Source: an uncultured delta proteobacterium
GTDB taxonomy: Bacteria; Desulfobacterota; Desulfobacteria; Desulfobacterales; QNYZ01
Length of the DNA stretch: 64,000 nt
Direction of reading: 5' to 3'
NCBI GenBank assembly: GCA_963845145.1
Contig: CAWJQU010000017.1
Coordinates: 160,001 to 224,000 of the forward strand
Part shown: positions 20,364 through 31,800 of the stretch, in pieces
Layout of the letters: each line of letters begins with the position of its first letter
Numbering within the stretch: the stretch's first letter is position 1
Made by a program: the position numbers and the translations under genes
Notes under the pieces: generated by a model
What the model saw: the letters and a program-made list of their open reading frames with translations, nothing else
What the model was told of the DNA's origin: nothing
Database searches by the model: none

Positions 20364-20621
20364 TCAAAGGTTTAAAACCATGTGGTTGCAATATAGTATC
20401 TATAATTGGCGTGTTTTTTTATCAACGCCTTTTCCTCGATTTGGCACCAGGCAACGATAGCGACTATGCCGACATAAAATATCTCGGCTTTTCAAAGTTG
20501 CCAATGGTTGTTTTTTAAGTGTAAGTATCCAAATAGGATAGATCGCCGGCAATTGAAAAAAACGCCGATAACCGGCCGTTGTCGGCAATGCCGGCAGGAA
20601 ACAGGAGAAAGGTAAAAAAAA

Positions 20622-21464
20622 GTGCAACAACTGAGCCTGGGGTACTCTCCCTGTCCTAATGACACATTTATCTTTCATGCTATGACGCACGGCAAAGTTG
20701 ATTGTGGCGCTCATATGTTTGAGCCGGTATTAAAGGATGTGGAGGCGTTAAATCAGGATGCAAAAAATCGAAAATTAGATGTAACCAAACTTTCCTTTGC
20801 GGCTTTAGGGCATTTGCAGGAAACCTACGGGTTGCTTAAAAGCGGCGCGGCCTTAGGGCGAGGGTGTGGCCCGATAATTGTAACCCGGCCCGGCTTTGAT
20901 CTTTCGCAACTTGCGATGTCGAAAGTTGCCGTGCCCGGATTGTGGACGACGGCGAATCTGTTGCTGGGACTCTATTTGTCCGGCTCATCCGAAGTCATGC
21001 CCATGACATTTGACCGAATCATGCCGGCTGTTGCAAATGGTGATTTGGATTTTGGCGTGATCATACACGAGGGACGGTTTACCTATCATTCTTATGGATT
21101 GAAGGCCGTGCTCGATCTCGGACAATGGTGGGAAGGGAAGACCGGTTTGCCGATTCCTTTAGGGGGCATTGCGATTCGCCGATCATTGGAGGCGTCAGTG
21201 GCCGCAGGGGTTGAGAAGACAATCCAAGACAGTATTCGTTATGCATTTAAACATATTGGTGCATCGCGAGGGTATATAAAGAAACATGCCCAGGAAGTTT
21301 CGGATGATGTCATTGCGCAGCATATTGAGTTGTATGTTAATGATGATTCAATTGAAATCGGTTCAGAGGGTGTGCAAGCTATTGAGACGCTGTTTCAATG
21401 GGGGCGTAAGGCTGGTTTATTGCCAAATAGTTTAAGACCATTGTTTGCCGTTCGAGGGAGATAA
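20622..21464 (+). CDS. mqnD: 1,4-dihydroxy-6-naphthoate synthase
   Basis: GYSPCPNDTFIF, GAALGRGCGP, IIHEGRFTY, PIPLGG, HIELYVN. Confidence 0.93.
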   Translation: MQQLSLGYSPCPNDTFIFHAMTHGKVDCGAHMFEPVLKDVEALNQDAKNRKLDVTKLSFAALGHLQETYGLLKSGAALGRGCGPIIVTRPGFDLSQLAMSKVAVPGLWTTANLLLGLYLSGSSEVMPMTFDRIMPAVANGDLDFGVIIHEGRFTYHSYGLKAVLDLGQWWEGKTGLPIPLGGIAIRRSLEASVAAGVEKTIQDSIRYAFKHIGASRGYIKKHAQEVSDDVIAQHIELYVNDDSIEIGSEGVQAIETLFQWGRKAGLLPNSLRPLFAVRGR

Positions 21465-21481
21465 AAGGATGGCTTTAAGCG

Positions 21482-22390
21482 TTAAAGTGTTAACCTTTTT
21501 TTAGGAATCGGAAAAAAAGTAAGCGGTGCTGCTTTTTCTAACAGCCCGTGTTCACTTAGGCCGTTAAAAAAGGTTTTTAACGCCCGCTGTTTTTTTCCAT
21601 CCAAGTCATATTCCATGGCCTTAAAGTAAGCCCGCAATATACTTTCATCCAAGTTGAGACGTTTCGCGCCAAGGGTGATAATTTCATCCAACCGGTTCGC
21701 ACCCATATGGGCGGATTCCCTGAAAAGAACGATTGTCTGTTGAACCTGGGCAGGATATGCATCCGCGTAACGCCTACGAACCGCCCATACGGCAAAAACA
21801 ATGGGTAGTCCGGATAGGCGATACCAGACATCTCCCAAATCCAGGCGGTATTGATACTGCCGCCCCCAATTACCGGCGAGAGCCTTGTCGCCGATGATCA
21901 TGACGGCATCGTACGCATCATCGTTTATTTCGCCCATGTTTACCGGACCGGTGTGCATGCGCGGGTGTACGCCCTCAATGGCAAAAATGAGTTTCAGTAG
22001 CAAAACCGCAGTGCCCGACTCGCTGGTGATAAGGACACGCCTGCCGTCCAGGTCTTTGATGGGAAAGTTACTTGCCAAGAGGACACTCATCACAGGGCCA
22101 TGACAAGAGATGGACAGGTCCGGTAAAATCAGCCATTGATCGCTATGCCGCGCATATGCGCCTGTGGACACAGGGCTGATATCCAATTTGTCTTCAGCCA
22201 TCAGTCGGTTCAATGAAGCCGGTGGAGCGGCCGTCAACCGGACCCAGGGCGGGCGCAAGCCGTTTTCGAGTCCATAGTAGATGGGGTCCACGTTGAGGTA
22301 GCTGATTCGACCCACACGGGTTTCAATCATCTTGTCGTTTGAACGATGCGGGCTGTTCGGATTTGTTATAGATGTCGAATTATTCATCAC
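21482..22390 (-). CDS. mqnA: Chorismate dehydratase
   Basis: GRISYLNVDP, GPVMSVLL, IGDKAL, DLGDVW..GLPIVFAVW; start may be 22330. Confidence 0.9.
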   Translation of the reverse strand: MMNNSTSITNPNSPHRSNDKMIETRVGRISYLNVDPIYYGLENGLRPPWVRLTAAPPASLNRLMAEDKLDISPVSTGAYARHSDQWLILPDLSISCHGPVMSVLLASNFPIKDLDGRRVLITSESGTAVLLLKLIFAIEGVHPRMHTGPVNMGEINDDAYDAVMIIGDKALAGNWGRQYQYRLDLGDVWYRLSGLPIVFAVWAVRRRYADAYPAQVQQTIVLFRESAHMGANRLDEIITLGAKRLNLDESILRAYFKAMEYDLDGKKQRALKTFFNGLSEHGLLEKAAPLTFFPIPKKRLTL

Positions 22391-23588
22391 TGATCAATTT
22401 TACGTTTCCATTGAATGCGTTATTGACGATTCCCTCAGATAGTGTTTTTGGGCTGGCGGCTTTGAGGGGAACATAGGCGGCGGAAAATCGATAGCCGGGC
22501 GCAAGACGGCCGTAATCGGCTCCCAGACATAGGGCGTCAGCACCATTGATGGTGGCCATGGATAGTATCTGTTCGGGTGAAAGCATCGGATAGTTTTGAC
22601 TGATCCAGGCCATTTCGTCAAACACACTCAACGAATCACAACTGGCCAAACTGTCTGTTCCCAGACAGATATTGAGACCCCTTTCCATCATTTCGGGAAT
22701 AGCAGGTTGTCGGGCATGGAGTCGTCGGTTGGAGCGAGGGCAAACGGCTACCGATACCCCATGTTTGGCCAGGATATCAATGTCGTGAGGATCAACCTGA
22801 AGAAGATGAACGGCCAGGGTCATTTTATCGAAAATGTTTAGTCGGTCCAGATAGTCCACCGGGCTCCTGGCCGGCAGGGGCCAGTTGGAAAAGTCGATAT
22901 TCCGCTCTTTAAGCAACCCGGCCCAGGGACCTTTGCCTGATCGGATAAATGCAACTTCCTGATCAGATTCGGACAGGTGGATGGAAAAAGGCCTGCCATG
23001 TTGCAGGGTGAACCGTTTTAATTTGGTTAACAGGCTCGGGGCGGTAGTGTGGGGCGCGTGTCCGGCGAAGGAGGTTTTTTTGGAATCCAGTACAAGTGAG
23101 CATTCGTCAGGCAGATTGCCAAGATACTCCTTAAACCATATGCCATTTAAATGCGATGCAAGAAAAGGCGGCCCGGATAATCCCGCCGTCGCGATTTCCG
23201 CCACCATCCCGCACCCACTTTGAATCACTTCATCGATCCCGGCCTGAATACCGGTCAGCAGGGTCTCATCATCCAGCCCGGCTCTTTTTTCAATCAGATG
23301 GCGGACCCACATTTCAAAGCCTTCACAATGGGGTATCTTGCCCTTTAGCGCGCTCAGTTCCAGATGGGTATGGGCATTGACCAAGGCGGGCATTAAAACG
23401 CCGGCGCCGTGATCCACTAACTGGTCTGTGCCGATCGGTCGGTGGGGGTTAGCCGAAATAATGCGCCCCCTGGAAACATGGACAATCCCATCGCGTATGA
23501 TGGTATCAGGATCTTGAATGACCCATCCTGCTTTGTGCCAGGTATCCGCATGTGGCGCCATATAGGTCCAGTTCCCTGCTGTTGGCAT
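22380..23588 (-). CDS. Amidohydrolase, probable aminodeoxyfutalosine deaminase
   Basis: NAHTHLE, HAPHT, HLSES, CPRSN, LGTDSLAS; located inside the mqn cluster. Confidence 0.75.
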   Translation of the reverse strand: MPTAGNWTYMAPHADTWHKAGWVIQDPDTIIRDGIVHVSRGRIISANPHRPIGTDQLVDHGAGVLMPALVNAHTHLELSALKGKIPHCEGFEMWVRHLIEKRAGLDDETLLTGIQAGIDEVIQSGCGMVAEIATAGLSGPPFLASHLNGIWFKEYLGNLPDECSLVLDSKKTSFAGHAPHTTAPSLLTKLKRFTLQHGRPFSIHLSESDQEVAFIRSGKGPWAGLLKERNIDFSNWPLPARSPVDYLDRLNIFDKMTLAVHLLQVDPHDIDILAKHGVSVAVCPRSNRRLHARQPAIPEMMERGLNICLGTDSLASCDSLSVFDEMAWISQNYPMLSPEQILSMATINGADALCLGADYGRLAPGYRFSAAYVPLKAASPKTLSEGIVNNAFNGNVKLISDE

Positions 23589-24659
23589 CTACTCTGACGG
23601 GTGAATGAGGTTGTAAAAGCAATCCCGCTGCCGGGCGGCATAGCCGGCGTTTTCAATCAGTCGAATAATCTCTTCCTTGGAAAGTTGGAAATGAACACCG
23701 GCGGCAGCAACGACATTTTCTTCAATCATGGTGCTGCCAAAATCATTGGCGCCGAAAGCGAGTGCCGTCTGGGCAATTTTAGCCCCCTGGGTTACCCAGG
23801 AGGCTTGAATGTTATCGACATTGTCCAAAACGATTCGGCTCAGAGCCAGTACCCGCAAGTACTCAACGGCGGTGGCAGGCTCAACCTCAATGCGGGTATT
23901 CCGGGGTTGAAAAGTCCAGGGAATGAAGGCCGTAAAACCTCCCGTTTCATCCTGCAGCGTCCTGATTTTTAGCAAATGGGCAATGATATCCTTAGGTGTC
24001 TCCACATGTCCGAACATCATGGTGGCCGTTGTTCGAAGTCCCAATTGGTGTGCCCTACGCATGACGTCCAACCATTGATCGGCGGTGCATTTCCGGGGCG
24101 ATATTCGGTGGCGGACGCTATCTACCAGGATTTCGGCCCCGCCCCCGGGAATGGAGCCCAGCCCGGCGTCAATTAACGTTTCAATGACGTTCGTCACGGT
24201 CAGGTTCTCCTTCTGGGCCAGGTCGTATATTTCAGGTGGTGAAAATCCATGAACGTGAATATCAAACCGTTTCTTAATAAAGTGGAGAAGGGCGACATAA
24301 TCATCCAGATGCAAGTCGGGATGCATGCCTCCCTGGAGGAGAATCTGGGTACCGCCGAGATTGATGGTTTCCTCAATTTTTTGAGCCAGGCCGGTCTGGG
24401 AGAGAATATATGCTTCGGAATGATCCGGGGATCGATAAAAAGCGCAAAACCGGCATCCTGAAAGGCAGACATTGGTGTAATTGATATTGCGATCCACGAC
24501 ATAGGTCACAATCGGATCCGTATGCAGTCGGCGCCTCACGTGGCCGGCCATATTCCCCAGGGTTAAAAGCGGGGCATGGGTAAACAAAGACAACGCCTCA
24601 TCACCATCCAAGCGGCCGGCAGTCTCCAATTTTTTCGTGGCCATCTCAATGGCGTCCAT
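23589..24659 (-). CDS. mqnC: Cyclic dehypoxanthine futalosine synthase (radical SAM)
   Basis: DRNINYTNVC..GCRFCAF, SIPGGGAEIL, FIPWTFQP, GANDFGSTMIEENVV; start ATG 24659 after AGGAG. Confidence 0.92.
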   Translation of the reverse strand: MDAIEMATKKLETAGRLDGDEALSLFTHAPLLTLGNMAGHVRRRLHTDPIVTYVVDRNINYTNVCLSGCRFCAFYRSPDHSEAYILSQTGLAQKIEETINLGGTQILLQGGMHPDLHLDDYVALLHFIKKRFDIHVHGFSPPEIYDLAQKENLTVTNVIETLIDAGLGSIPGGGAEILVDSVRHRISPRKCTADQWLDVMRRAHQLGLRTTATMMFGHVETPKDIIAHLLKIRTLQDETGGFTAFIPWTFQPRNTRIEVEPATAVEYLRVLALSRIVLDNVDNIQASWVTQGAKIAQTALAFGANDFGSTMIEENVVAAAGVHFQLSKEEIIRLIENAGYAARQRDCFYNLIHPSE

Positions 24660-25765
24660 TATTCTCCTGACTGCCCTTTTCAACCGGATGATAAAAAGCG
24701 TCGCGTTGAACCGGGGTGAAACCGGCGGCGGTGATCATGCGGTCCATCTGGTGCTTGGTTAACCCTAAGGCCGATTTGGCCCCGGCTGTGTGGGTGATTT
24801 TTTCCTCGATGATGGTCCCGTCCAAGATCGTCGGCACCAAAGGAAAGCGCCACCTGGGCCAGGCGTTCGCCGATCATCACCCAATAGGCTTTGATATGGT
24901 CAATATTGTCCAAAAGCAACCGGGCTGCGGCGACATTTTTCAGATCATCGAATGCGGTTGTTTCGGGAAGATGGGCCAGCTGGGTGTGTCCCGAATGAAA
25001 GGCCAAAGGAATGAAAGCGGAAAAACCGCCGGTTTCATCCTGAAGCTCACGCAGGGTGATCAGATGTTGAACTTTTTCATCCACCGTTTCAATATGACCA
25101 TAGAGCATGGTGGCATTGGTGATGATGCCATGGCTGTGAGCGGCGCGCATGACATCTAACCAGCGATGATGATCGATTTTTCGGTGAAATAATTTATTTC
25201 GAACGCGGGAACTCATCACTTCGGCCCCGCCGCCCGGCATCATGCCCAGCCCGGCGGTTTTTAAAGCGATAATGGTTTCATCCAGGGACTGGCCGCTGAT
25301 TTTTGCGAAATGGTCGATTTCCACAGCGGTAAAGGCCTTTACCGTCGCATCCGGCCGCAGGGTTTTAATGGTCTTAATCAGGTCCAGATAATAATCTAAG
25401 GGAAGATCCGGATGGAGCCCCCCGACCACGTGCAGCTCCCGGACAGGCTCCTCGATGCGTTCTAACAAACGTTGCTTCACATCATCGATGGAAAGGGTAA
25501 AGGCCTTTGAATCGCCGTCATCACAGGCAAAGGCGCAAAACTGGCAGCGATTGGTGCAGACATTGGTGTAATTTAAATGCTGGTTATAGACCCAGTAGGC
25601 TGTATCTCCATGGCGACGACGTCGCTCCCTGTCGGCCAGATAACCCAGTCCCATCAGATCACGGGTTTCGTATAGAGCGCGTCCGTCATCGAAATCGAGT
25701 CGTTGACCGTTTGCGATCTTTTGGTCAATGGTTTTTAGTCGGTTGTCTGTATAATCCGGTGCCAT
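24646..25765 (-). pseudogene. mqnE: Aminofutalosine synthase (radical SAM), +1 frameshift at about 24824-24825 (real or sequencing error)
   Basis: NYTNVCTNRCQFCAF, KAFTAVEI, PGGGAE, HIKAYW; FGADDL continues as DGTIIEEKITHTAGA in the frame of ORF 24646..24840. Confidence 0.88.
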
Positions 25766-25854
25766 GATTTAAGATTTCAATGTGATCTAATATTAGTGAA
25801 CCCGGTAAAAAGGAGCCCGATGAAAGAAAGAATCGGCTTTTAGAGCCTGTTTAT

Positions 25855-28800
25855 TCAAGCGGCACTTCTTCCCTTATTCAATTCAGTATCACGGGTTAAA
25901 TGGGGTTTAAATGATTGGTACAAGGATGGATCCATGACGGCCTCATATCCCTGCAAACGGGCGACCACGATATGATCGGAATCAATAAACGTGAAATCTC
26001 CTGTTATTTTACGGGAGGTAACCTCGTTAACTTCAAGTATCACTTTCAACCCTTTGGAAGGAAAACGGCGGGAAAATTGACGGTATGAAGCCGTATAGCT
26101 AGGCAGCGATACCATGCCTTTTTGCTCATAGCACCACACCGACGCCATTTGAAAGGCGGTATCCAAAGCCAGTGGATCCGCCAGCCATTCACTACGCAGC
26201 GGTTCGGTCATCCATTGATTCGGTTGAGGTGCTGTGCTGATTTCGGCCACCATGCCGTTTGCGGTGAGACCATTGATTTTTTTAAGTCCATGAAGGTGTT
26301 CCCCGTGAAAGAGAATTGTTTCATAAACTTCATCAACACTTTTTGAATAGGGGACGGCGACCAATTCTTCAGGCGGATCATAAGTCGGTGCCGTGCCCAA
26401 TGATTCTACCAAAATGGCCCGTCCTCGCGAGTGAATAACTTCAACACCGTCTTCCACCCCATCGCGCAACTCTATGGGAACCTCAAACCGGTTTTCCCGA
26501 CGGCGGGCTTTACCGGCCATAAGGCGAATGGTTTTTGAAGCGACATCCATGCGAATCCCCTTTAAGAGGCGCATATCGTCAATACCATGTAGAATCAGAC
26601 CGGGATTTTCATGCAGGGCGCCATGACCAAACCATTCGGTCATCAGTGCAAAGGGAACCACCGGATGACCGTCAAGCACGTGAGAGTTCAACACCGGGTA
26701 ATGAGGAAGGTCGACCTCCCGCCGAAAAGACAGGCTGAGCCCTTTGTCCAATTTTATCCGTGATTCTTTGGATGATGCCGTCATGCCGGCTTCTTTATCT
26801 TCAGTGTTGATCCGGCAGCCGATGATTACTTCCACCGGGCCATTTGTACCGGCCCCCATCTCCCTTGCAAGACATTCGGCACCGATCTGAGTGGGGATTA
26901 ACCCAACCCCGCGCTGCTCAAACCGACGCTTCAGGGCCGGGGAAACCATACCGCATTCCCATGGCCCCCAGTTGATGGCGGTCACGGAACATTGATGACG
27001 GTTTTTGGCTTCAACCTGGGCGATTTTATTTAACACCTCATTGGCCATGGCATAATCGGACTGGCCGATATTTCCGAAACGGGCGGTTACCGACGAAAAA
27101 AGCGCCAAATAGCGCAACATATCCTTTTTAGTCGCATTGAGAAGGTTTCTAACGCCCTTGACCTTGGTGTTGAATACCGCTTCAAACGCATCGATCTTTT
27201 TGTCGATAATAAGACCATCACGCAGGATCCCGGCGCCGTGAATCAGAGCCGTAATCGGCCCAAGATCCGTGCGGACCCGATCAAGTGCGGGATCGACCTG
27301 TTTACCACGGGTGACATCCACGGAATAGTAGGTGGCCCTGACACCCGCATCATTTAAGGCATGAAGGGTTTGTTGAATCTCACGGTTGGTCGCGTGCCGA
27401 TAAAACGCACGGTCCAACTCTTTTGGTGATGGCGACTGGCTTTTAAATTCGTGGGTTAGGATGGCTTTTTTTATTTCTGCGGGGTCCGTTAAAGCTTCCA
27501 TCCATGAGGGTAATGCGGATGGCTGAGGCGAACGACCCAGCAGCGCAAAGGATGCGCCGGTTTTGCGGGCCAGGGCGATAACGCTCTCGGCGGTGATACC
27601 CCGTGCGCCCCCGCTGACGACGACGACATCTTGGGCGGTCAATTCAGGCAAGCCATTCGGATATTCGGCATCGGTCAGGGGCAATTGATACTGCTCATCA
27701 AGGGCAAGATCAGGATGAAGGCCGACTTCGAGGGGAGATTGGCAATCCGTGCCTAACACTGCGCTTAAAAGGGATTGGGAGATGGCGTCAGGGTCTTCCC
27801 AGTTAGCCGCGACATCAATGGAACGACAATGGACATGGGGCCACTCCATGGCAGCCGTTTTGATCAGGCCGGGAAGTGCGCCATGCATGGGTTGCGTCAC
27901 CCCTTCACCCAAAAAACCGAAAGCCCCGTCCATGCGGCTGACACCAACCAAAATCGGTGGCGTATCCGTATCTGCTTGTGCCCACTGTTTCCCGACGGCC
28001 TGTGTAAGTAAAAAAAGGTTTTTAATATCTTTGGTGCCGACAGTTGCAGCGGCGGGTAGGATTGGAATAAATCCGCCGATGGACCCTTCTATCCGTTTTA
28101 TGGCATCAGGGGCCAGTGGGACTACGGCGGTGGTAATGTTTTGCTTCGAAAAGGCAGCGGCGAGGGCCTCGGCGAGGCCTTCACCATCGTCGGAGATCAC
28201 GATGGTCCCGGGACGACGCAGTATCTCCTTTTTTGGGGTCGCAGACTTTACGATTGTGGCGCAAACGATCTGGCGTTTAATTTCAGCTACCTGTTTTTCA
28301 ACTTCTGGCATTTTTTCAATCGGTAAGCCTTGGTCTATCTCGGTCACCGGATCTTCATGTAAGGGTTGGTTTTTGCCTTCGGTTAAGTGCCCGACAATCT
28401 GCCCCAGGGTTTTTAATTCGCCCATATCTTCAGGGGAGACAGTCGGCAGGTGAGGCATCCGCTCTTCCATTGTAGACAAAATTTCCACGCGCTTGATGGA
28501 GTCGATGCCCAGGTCCGCCTCAATGGCCATTTCGGGTTTGAGCATTTCCACCGGATAGCCGGTCAGCTCGCTAATGACATTAAAGAGCACCGGCTCGACA
28601 TCTGTCGATTGCAGCTCTCCAGGCGTTGTATTAGATATCTCAGGTTGGGCCGGGTCAAAAACAGGCCCCTTGTTTAAATGGGTAACGATTTGACCGAGCG
28701 TTTTCAATTCGCCCATATCTTCAGGCGAAATAGTCGGTAGGTCGGGCATCCGTTCTTCCATGGTAGACAAGATTTCAACGCGCTTGATGGAATCGATACC

Positions 28801-31800
28801 CAGATCGGCCTCGATATTCATCTCTAGGTTGAGCATTTCCGACGGATAGCCGGTTAATTCGGCGACAACCTCAAAGAGGGTCTCGGCCAGAGTGTTCGAT
28901 GCGGTAACCCCGGGCGCCTCATCTACTGTATCCGGTATCACGTCAGGTGGCACGCCTGGTTTGGATGAATCACCAAGAGAGGGATGCGTATCGTTTTGAA
29001 CGGCTGGCGGTTGCGATGATGGCAACGCATCCGGCTGACGATTAAGTTCGAAAGCGGTAGGATCAGATCGGTCTGGTCGACCGGTTTCCGGCGTGGTGTC
29101 GGAGCCGGTGATACCGGAAGACTTGGCCACCGGTCGCGTTCGTAACACCAGTGATTCAAGGATGCGTCCGGCTTCAGCCTGAGTTTCAAGGAAAAGTTCA
29201 TGGGCTTTGGCCGTGCGAACTTGAATTTCCCGCATGGATCGTAGCCCTTCCTGTATCACGCCCAATGACTGGGAAACTTCATCCCTGTTGGGGGCCTGGC
29301 TCAGGGACCGCTTGGTGCTGAATGATTGTGCGTTCCCAGGTTTGTTGGTCGTCTGTTTTTCCATTGGATCCTTTTTCAACAGCGGCTTATCGATAGTTGC
29401 TTCATTGACGTTTAATTCTACGACGTTTAATTCTACTATGGGTGCCGAATCTTTGTTTATGGACGGACGGTTTTTTGATGACGGATTGGTAATATTGGCA
29501 CCCCCGATCGGAATTTTCATGATCGGCTTTCGGGGTTTTCCTGTCGGCGGAGGGGTTTCCCATCGGTCCAGCTGGACTTTGTAACCCAAGGCAGACAAAT
29601 GGCAAAGACATTTTGCCAGATCGGTCAGACCGGATTTTTTACCGCCGGAGGCATCCACCGCCATGACGGTATGGCCTTTTTTCCTCAATATTTGCCGAAT
29701 CAGTCCAGTTAAAACGGTTTTTGGCCCGACTTCAACAAATGTGTTAATACCGTCTTTATACTGGTTTTTTATGTCGGCAACGAAGTCGACCGGGTTGATA
29801 ATCTGGTTTCCCAAAAGATCACGGGCAGCCTTTGGGTCAGTGGGATAAGTTTCACCGGTGGTATTTGAATAAACCGGGATATCCGTTGGCGTCAGCTCAA
29901 TATCTTCGAGCAGGTTACGAAACGGCTTTTGCGCATCGGCCACCAGTCGACTGTGAAACGCAGCGGCCACCGGTAACTGAATGGCTCTGAATTTGGCCGC
30001 GCGACATTTTTCGGCAGCGATTTCGATGGCCGGGGTACTGCCGGACAATACCCCTTGAGAAGGGCTATTGCGATTGGCTAAAATGACATCGGAATCCAGA
30101 GAATTTACCAGGGAATCGAGCTTTTCCAGATCGGCTTTTACGGCCAACATGGTACCCGGGTCGCCATCCGTGTTATTTCCGGCAATAGCCATCAGCTTCC
30201 CGCGGGCGATAGAGGTTTTGCAAAATCCTTCGGGTTTAAGCCATCCCCCGGCCAGTAAAGCGGGCAGCTCGCCATAACTATGACCGCATACGCTGTCTGG
30301 CGATATGCCAAAAGACGATAAAATTCGAAACATGCCCATGCTAATGGCACCGATAGCGGGCTGGGCGATATCCGTGGATCGAAGTTTTTCCTCCTGGCGA
30401 GACTTATGATCTTTGGTTGTGGCCGGGTACGGATAGATGAAATCGCTTACCCGTCGATCATCGCCATAGGCGCGGTTAAATTTTTCCATGGCATCGAGGG
30501 CCTCGGGAAAGATGCACAAGAGGTCTTGGCCCATATTGATATATTGGCTGCCCTGGCCGGGAAATACGAAGGCCAGTTTGCCTTCCGGCGAACCGCTACC
30601 AAAATAAATATTTCCCGAATTCCAGCTTTTTCGTTCCGGTTCGTCAGCGGTTAGCGCTGTGGTCGCTTCTTCGATAAACGATGCCACTTGGGTATTAATA
30701 TCGCCCAAACAATCAACAACACCAAGAAGCCGATAGGTCTTGGCGGAATCGAAGGCAATTCGACTTCGGCCGGCAAAGGCTGCGAGTTCATCTGCGGTCA
30801 ACCCCTCAAGGGTGTTTGCCTTCCAATCCGATAGGGTTGCGACCATTTCATCGATGGTATCGGCAGACAATGAAATGATTTCCACACTCCCATCCCAGGC
30901 AGTTTCCAGTTTATCGGGACGATACTCTTCCATGACCACATGAAAGTTACTGCCGCCAAAGCCGAAAGCGGAGACACCGCTACGGCGGGGGTGGCTTGAT
31001 GAGGAGAGCCAGGGACGTGCGGTTGTATTTAAATAAAAGTGGCTTTTTTCAATATTCAGATCCGGATCCGGGGATTCGGCTTTAAGGGTGGGGGGTAATG
31101 TTTTGTGGTGCAGGGCCAAAGCGGTTTTAATCAGACCTGCCGTTCCGGCCGCGGCTTTGGTATGGCCGATCATGGATTTAACCGCTCCCAGAGCGCAGCG
31201 TTTCCTGGGGGTGTCTTTAGTTTGGGGCGCAGAAGAAAACACTTCGGTTAACGTCTGAAACTCCGTTTGATCCCCCACTCTAGTACCGGTGCCGTGGGCC
31301 TCGATCAGATCAATGGTGTCCGGGGTGATGGCGGCCAGATCGTAGGCCATATTCAATGCCTTGGCTTGGCCTTCCTTTCGAGGGGCGTAAATACTTTGGG
31401 AGCGACCGTCACTAGATGTCCCTACAGCGTGAATGACTGCATAAATCCGATCCTTATCCCGTTCGGCATCCGCCAGGCGTTTTAGGGCAATGATACCGAC
31501 CCCTTCGCCCAGTAACGTACCGTCGGCTTTTTCAGAAAAGGGGCGCACATCCCCGGTGGGAGAGAGAATGCCCGTCTGTCCGAAACACATATGCATAAAG
31601 ATATCGTTTAGGGTGTCCACGCCCCCGGTCAACACCATGTCGCAGCGTTGGGCGGCGAGCTCCAGCGTGGCCAGGTGAACGGCACTCATAGAGCTGGCAC
31701 AGGCCGCGTCTACCACGCAGTTGGTTCCGCCCAGATCGAGGCGGTTACAAATGCGGCCGGCGACGACATTGCCCAGTAATCCCGGGAATGAATTTTCCTG

